NCBI GenBank assembly: GCA_038230035.1
Contig: JBBRNX010000009.1
Coordinates: forward strand, 11,882-75,881
From: Gaiellales bacterium
GTDB lineage: Bacteria; Actinomycetota; Thermoleophilia; Gaiellales; Gaiellaceae
Reading direction: 5' to 3'
DNA: 64,000 bases
Made by a program: the position numbers and the translations under genes. The notes beneath the pieces are model-generated. The model searched no databases and was not told the origin of the DNA. It saw nothing but the letters and a program-made list of their open reading frames with translations. Each line of letters opens with the position of its first letter. Within the stretch, counting starts at the first letter, position 1. Below are positions 61,724 to 64,000 of the stretch, one piece after another.

Positions 61724-62784
61724 GGCTCGTTTCCGCGGAGGAGGCACGACGCATCGCGGTGCGCTCCCAGCTCCTCGACGGCTCGGCAACAACCGTGCTC
61801 GACACCGTGCGACGGCTCGGGTTCCTCCAGCTCGACCCGATCGCGTCGGTCGCGACACCGCAGCACCTCGTCCTCTGGAGCCGCCTCGGCACCTACGACA
61901 CCGCGGAGCTCGATCGGCTGCTCTGGGACACGAGGCAGCTCTTCGAGTGGAACGCGTTCGTGAGGCCGATCGAGGAGCTCCCGCTCGTCCTCGCGTTCCA
62001 GCGCCGCTGGCGGCAGTCGACGCGCTACAAACACGAGCGCTGGGTGCGTGGCTTCGTCGCCGAGAACCGCGCGTTCCGCCGCTACGTCCTCCGCGAGATC
62101 GCCGAGCGCGGCCCGCTGCTCTCCCGGACGCTGGACGATCGCGCCAAAGGCGAGCCGCGTGACCACCGATGGTGGGGCTCGCGCCGCGTTGGTCTGATGT
62201 TGGAGGCTCTCCACGTTCACGGCGAGATCGCCGTCGTCGGGCGCCTCGAAGGGCAGCGGCTGTGGGACCTCGCCGAGCGCTGGTATCCGGAGACAAAGGC
62301 ACTGACGATCAAGGCCGCGGAGGCGCACAACGCTGAGCAGCGGTTCCGCACCCTCGGGGTGCGCCGCGTCCGTGAGGGCTGGGAGGCGCATCCGGACGCC
62401 GTCGAGGCCCCCGTCTTGCCTCGGACGACGTTCCTCTCGCCGTTCGACCGCCTGATCCACGACCGCGACCGTGCCGAAGCGCTCTTCGGCTTTCGCTACC
62501 GGCTCGAGATGTACGTGCCGAAGGCGAAGCGCGAGTTCGGCTACTACGTGTTGCCGATCCTCCGCAACGAGGAGCTGATCGGCCGGATCGAGCCTGTCTT
62601 CGACCGAAGGGCCGGCGCCCTGCGAGTCGACGGGCTCTGGGCGCAGCCCGACGCACCTGCCGACGCCGGCGCGGATATCGGTGGCGCGCTTCGCGAGCTC
62701 GCCGGCTGGCTCGGCGCGGGCGAGATCAAGCTTGCGTCGAAGCTCCCGCGCGCCTGGTCGAAGGCGCTTCGAGCGTCGGTGTAG
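61720..62784 (+). CDS. YcaQ/AlkZ-like winged-helix DNA glycosylase, copy 2
   Basis: LQLDPIASVATPQH, LFEWNA, FLSPFDRLIHDR, GYYVLPIL..GRIE; ATGA overlap with copy 1. Confidence 0.88.
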   Translation: MRLVSAEEARRIAVRSQLLDGSATTVLDTVRRLGFLQLDPIASVATPQHLVLWSRLGTYDTAELDRLLWDTRQLFEWNAFVRPIEELPLVLAFQRRWRQSTRYKHERWVRGFVAENRAFRRYVLREIAERGPLLSRTLDDRAKGEPRDHRWWGSRRVGLMLEALHVHGEIAVVGRLEGQRLWDLAERWYPETKALTIKAAEAHNAEQRFRTLGVRRVREGWEAHPDAVEAPVLPRTTFLSPFDRLIHDRDRAEALFGFRYRLEMYVPKAKREFGYYVLPILRNEELIGRIEPVFDRRAGALRVDGLWAQPDAPADAGADIGGALRELAGWLGAGEIKLASKLPRAWSKALRASV

Positions 62785-62825
62785 CCGACCGACCTGCGGA
62801 GGAGTCTTCCGACTACGATCGCGCG

Positions 62826-63983
62826 ATGGACTTCGAGACGCGAGCGATCCACGCCGGCCAAGAGCCCGATTCCGCGACGGGCGCGGTGACGACGCCGATC
62901 TACCAGACCTCGACGTTCGCCCAGGAGGCGGTCGGCGTCCACAAGGGCTACGACTACGCGCGCGTCCAGAACCCGACCCGCAAGGCGCTCGAGGAGTGCC
63001 TCGCCTCCCTGGAGAGCGCCGATTCCGGCCACGCCTTCTCGTCGGGCCTCGGCGCGACGACGACGATCATGCACCTCGTCGACCCGGGCCAGCGCGTCGT
63101 CTGCGTGAACGACGTCTACGGCGGCACGTACCGCATGTTCTCGCAGGTCTACGAGCCGAAGGGATACCGCTTCACGTACCTGACGCCCGCGGAGCTGTCG
63201 GATCCCGCCGCTGTGACCGCGCGCCTCGGTGACGACGTCGCGCTCGTCTGGATCGAGTCGCCGACCAACCCGTTGCTGAACATCGTGGACATCGGTGCCG
63301 TGTCGGACGCCGCGCATCGTGTCGGCGCGAAGGTCGTCGTCGACAACACGTTCGCGACGCCGTACTTGCAGCGTCCGCTCGAGCTCGGTGCCGACGTCGT
63401 GGTCCACTCTACGACGAAGTACATCGGCGGCCACTCCGACGTGATCGGCGGCTTCGCCGCGACGAGCGACGCCGAGATCGCCGAGCGTCTGAAGTTCCTG
63501 CAGAAGTCGCTCGGCGCGGTGCCCGGCCCGTTCGACGCGTGGCTCGTGCTGCGCGGCGTGAAGACGCTTGCCGTGCGGATGCGCCAGCACTGCGCGAACG
63601 CGCGCGCCGTGGTCGAGTTCCTGAGCGGGCACCCGGCAGTCGAGCGTGTGCTGTACCCGGGGCTGACCGACCATCCTGGCCACAAAATCGCGGCGCGTCA
63701 GATGAGCGATTTCGGCGGCATGGTCTCGTTCCTGGCCACGAGCGAGGAGGAAGCGGTCGCGCTGGTCGCGCGGACGAAGGTGTGGACACTAGCCGAGAGC
63801 CTGGGCGGAGTCGAAAGCCTGATCGAGCACCCGTTCCGCATGACCCATGGCGCGACAGCAGAGTCGGAGTTCGCAGCGCCGCGCAACCTGGTCCGCCTGT
63901 CGGCCGGAATCGAATCTGCCGACGACCTGATCGCCGATCTCCAGTACGCGCTGGCTTCCCAATCCGCCCGCAGTTCCGCTTAG
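62826..63983 (+). CDS. metB: Cystathionine gamma-synthase/gamma-lyase
   Basis: PIYQTSTF, YARVQNPT, DVYGGTYR, ESPTNP, DNTFATP, HSTTKYIGGHSD, AESLGGVESL. Confidence 0.9.
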   Translation: MDFETRAIHAGQEPDSATGAVTTPIYQTSTFAQEAVGVHKGYDYARVQNPTRKALEECLASLESADSGHAFSSGLGATTTIMHLVDPGQRVVCVNDVYGGTYRMFSQVYEPKGYRFTYLTPAELSDPAAVTARLGDDVALVWIESPTNPLLNIVDIGAVSDAAHRVGAKVVVDNTFATPYLQRPLELGADVVVHSTTKYIGGHSDVIGGFAATSDAEIAERLKFLQKSLGAVPGPFDAWLVLRGVKTLAVRMRQHCANARAVVEFLSGHPAVERVLYPGLTDHPGHKIAARQMSDFGGMVSFLATSEEEAVALVARTKVWTLAESLGGVESLIEHPFRMTHGATAESEFAAPRNLVRLSAGIESADDLIADLQYALASQSARSSA

Positions 63984-64000
63984 CCCCAGCACGCACCAAC

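Overview
High-GC chromosomal window from an actinobacterium, most likely Thermoleophilia/Gaiellales (inference from gene content, codon style and frequent leaderless starts). 1-27 kb is dominated by methylated-amine/C1 and nitrogen metabolism. It holds a ProVW-type ABC importer and, divergent from it, an IclR-led cobalamin/THF demethylation operon (corrinoid protein, MetV, MetF, methyl-THF:corrinoid methyltransferase, RACo/ASKHA activator, DUF1638, pyrrolysine-free MttB). After these come a xanthine-dehydrogenase-family L-M-S operon, type II glutamine synthetase with an ANTAR-like antiterminator leader, choline dehydrogenase, a 162-nt rod-shaped candidate ncRNA, HAD/APH/GDPD enzymes and a PotABCD-like ABC system. 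27-39 kb holds an ECF sigma with a long C-terminal extension, holB, tmk, cell-envelope genes and class II RNR (nrdJ) with a uORF. 39-64 kb is mixed accessory content: an SRA-like/HNH nuclease, regulators, four aldo-keto reductases, an MFS pump, two frameshifted remnants, a twin-motif RsiG-like protein, a GAF-PAS-PAS-LuxR regulator divergent from a SipW-type peptidase plus two AxNxVP secreted proteins, tandem YcaQ-like glycosylases and metB. No rRNA, tRNA, CRISPR array, integrase or transposase was recognised. All family assignments come from motif recognition by eye; no database searches were run.
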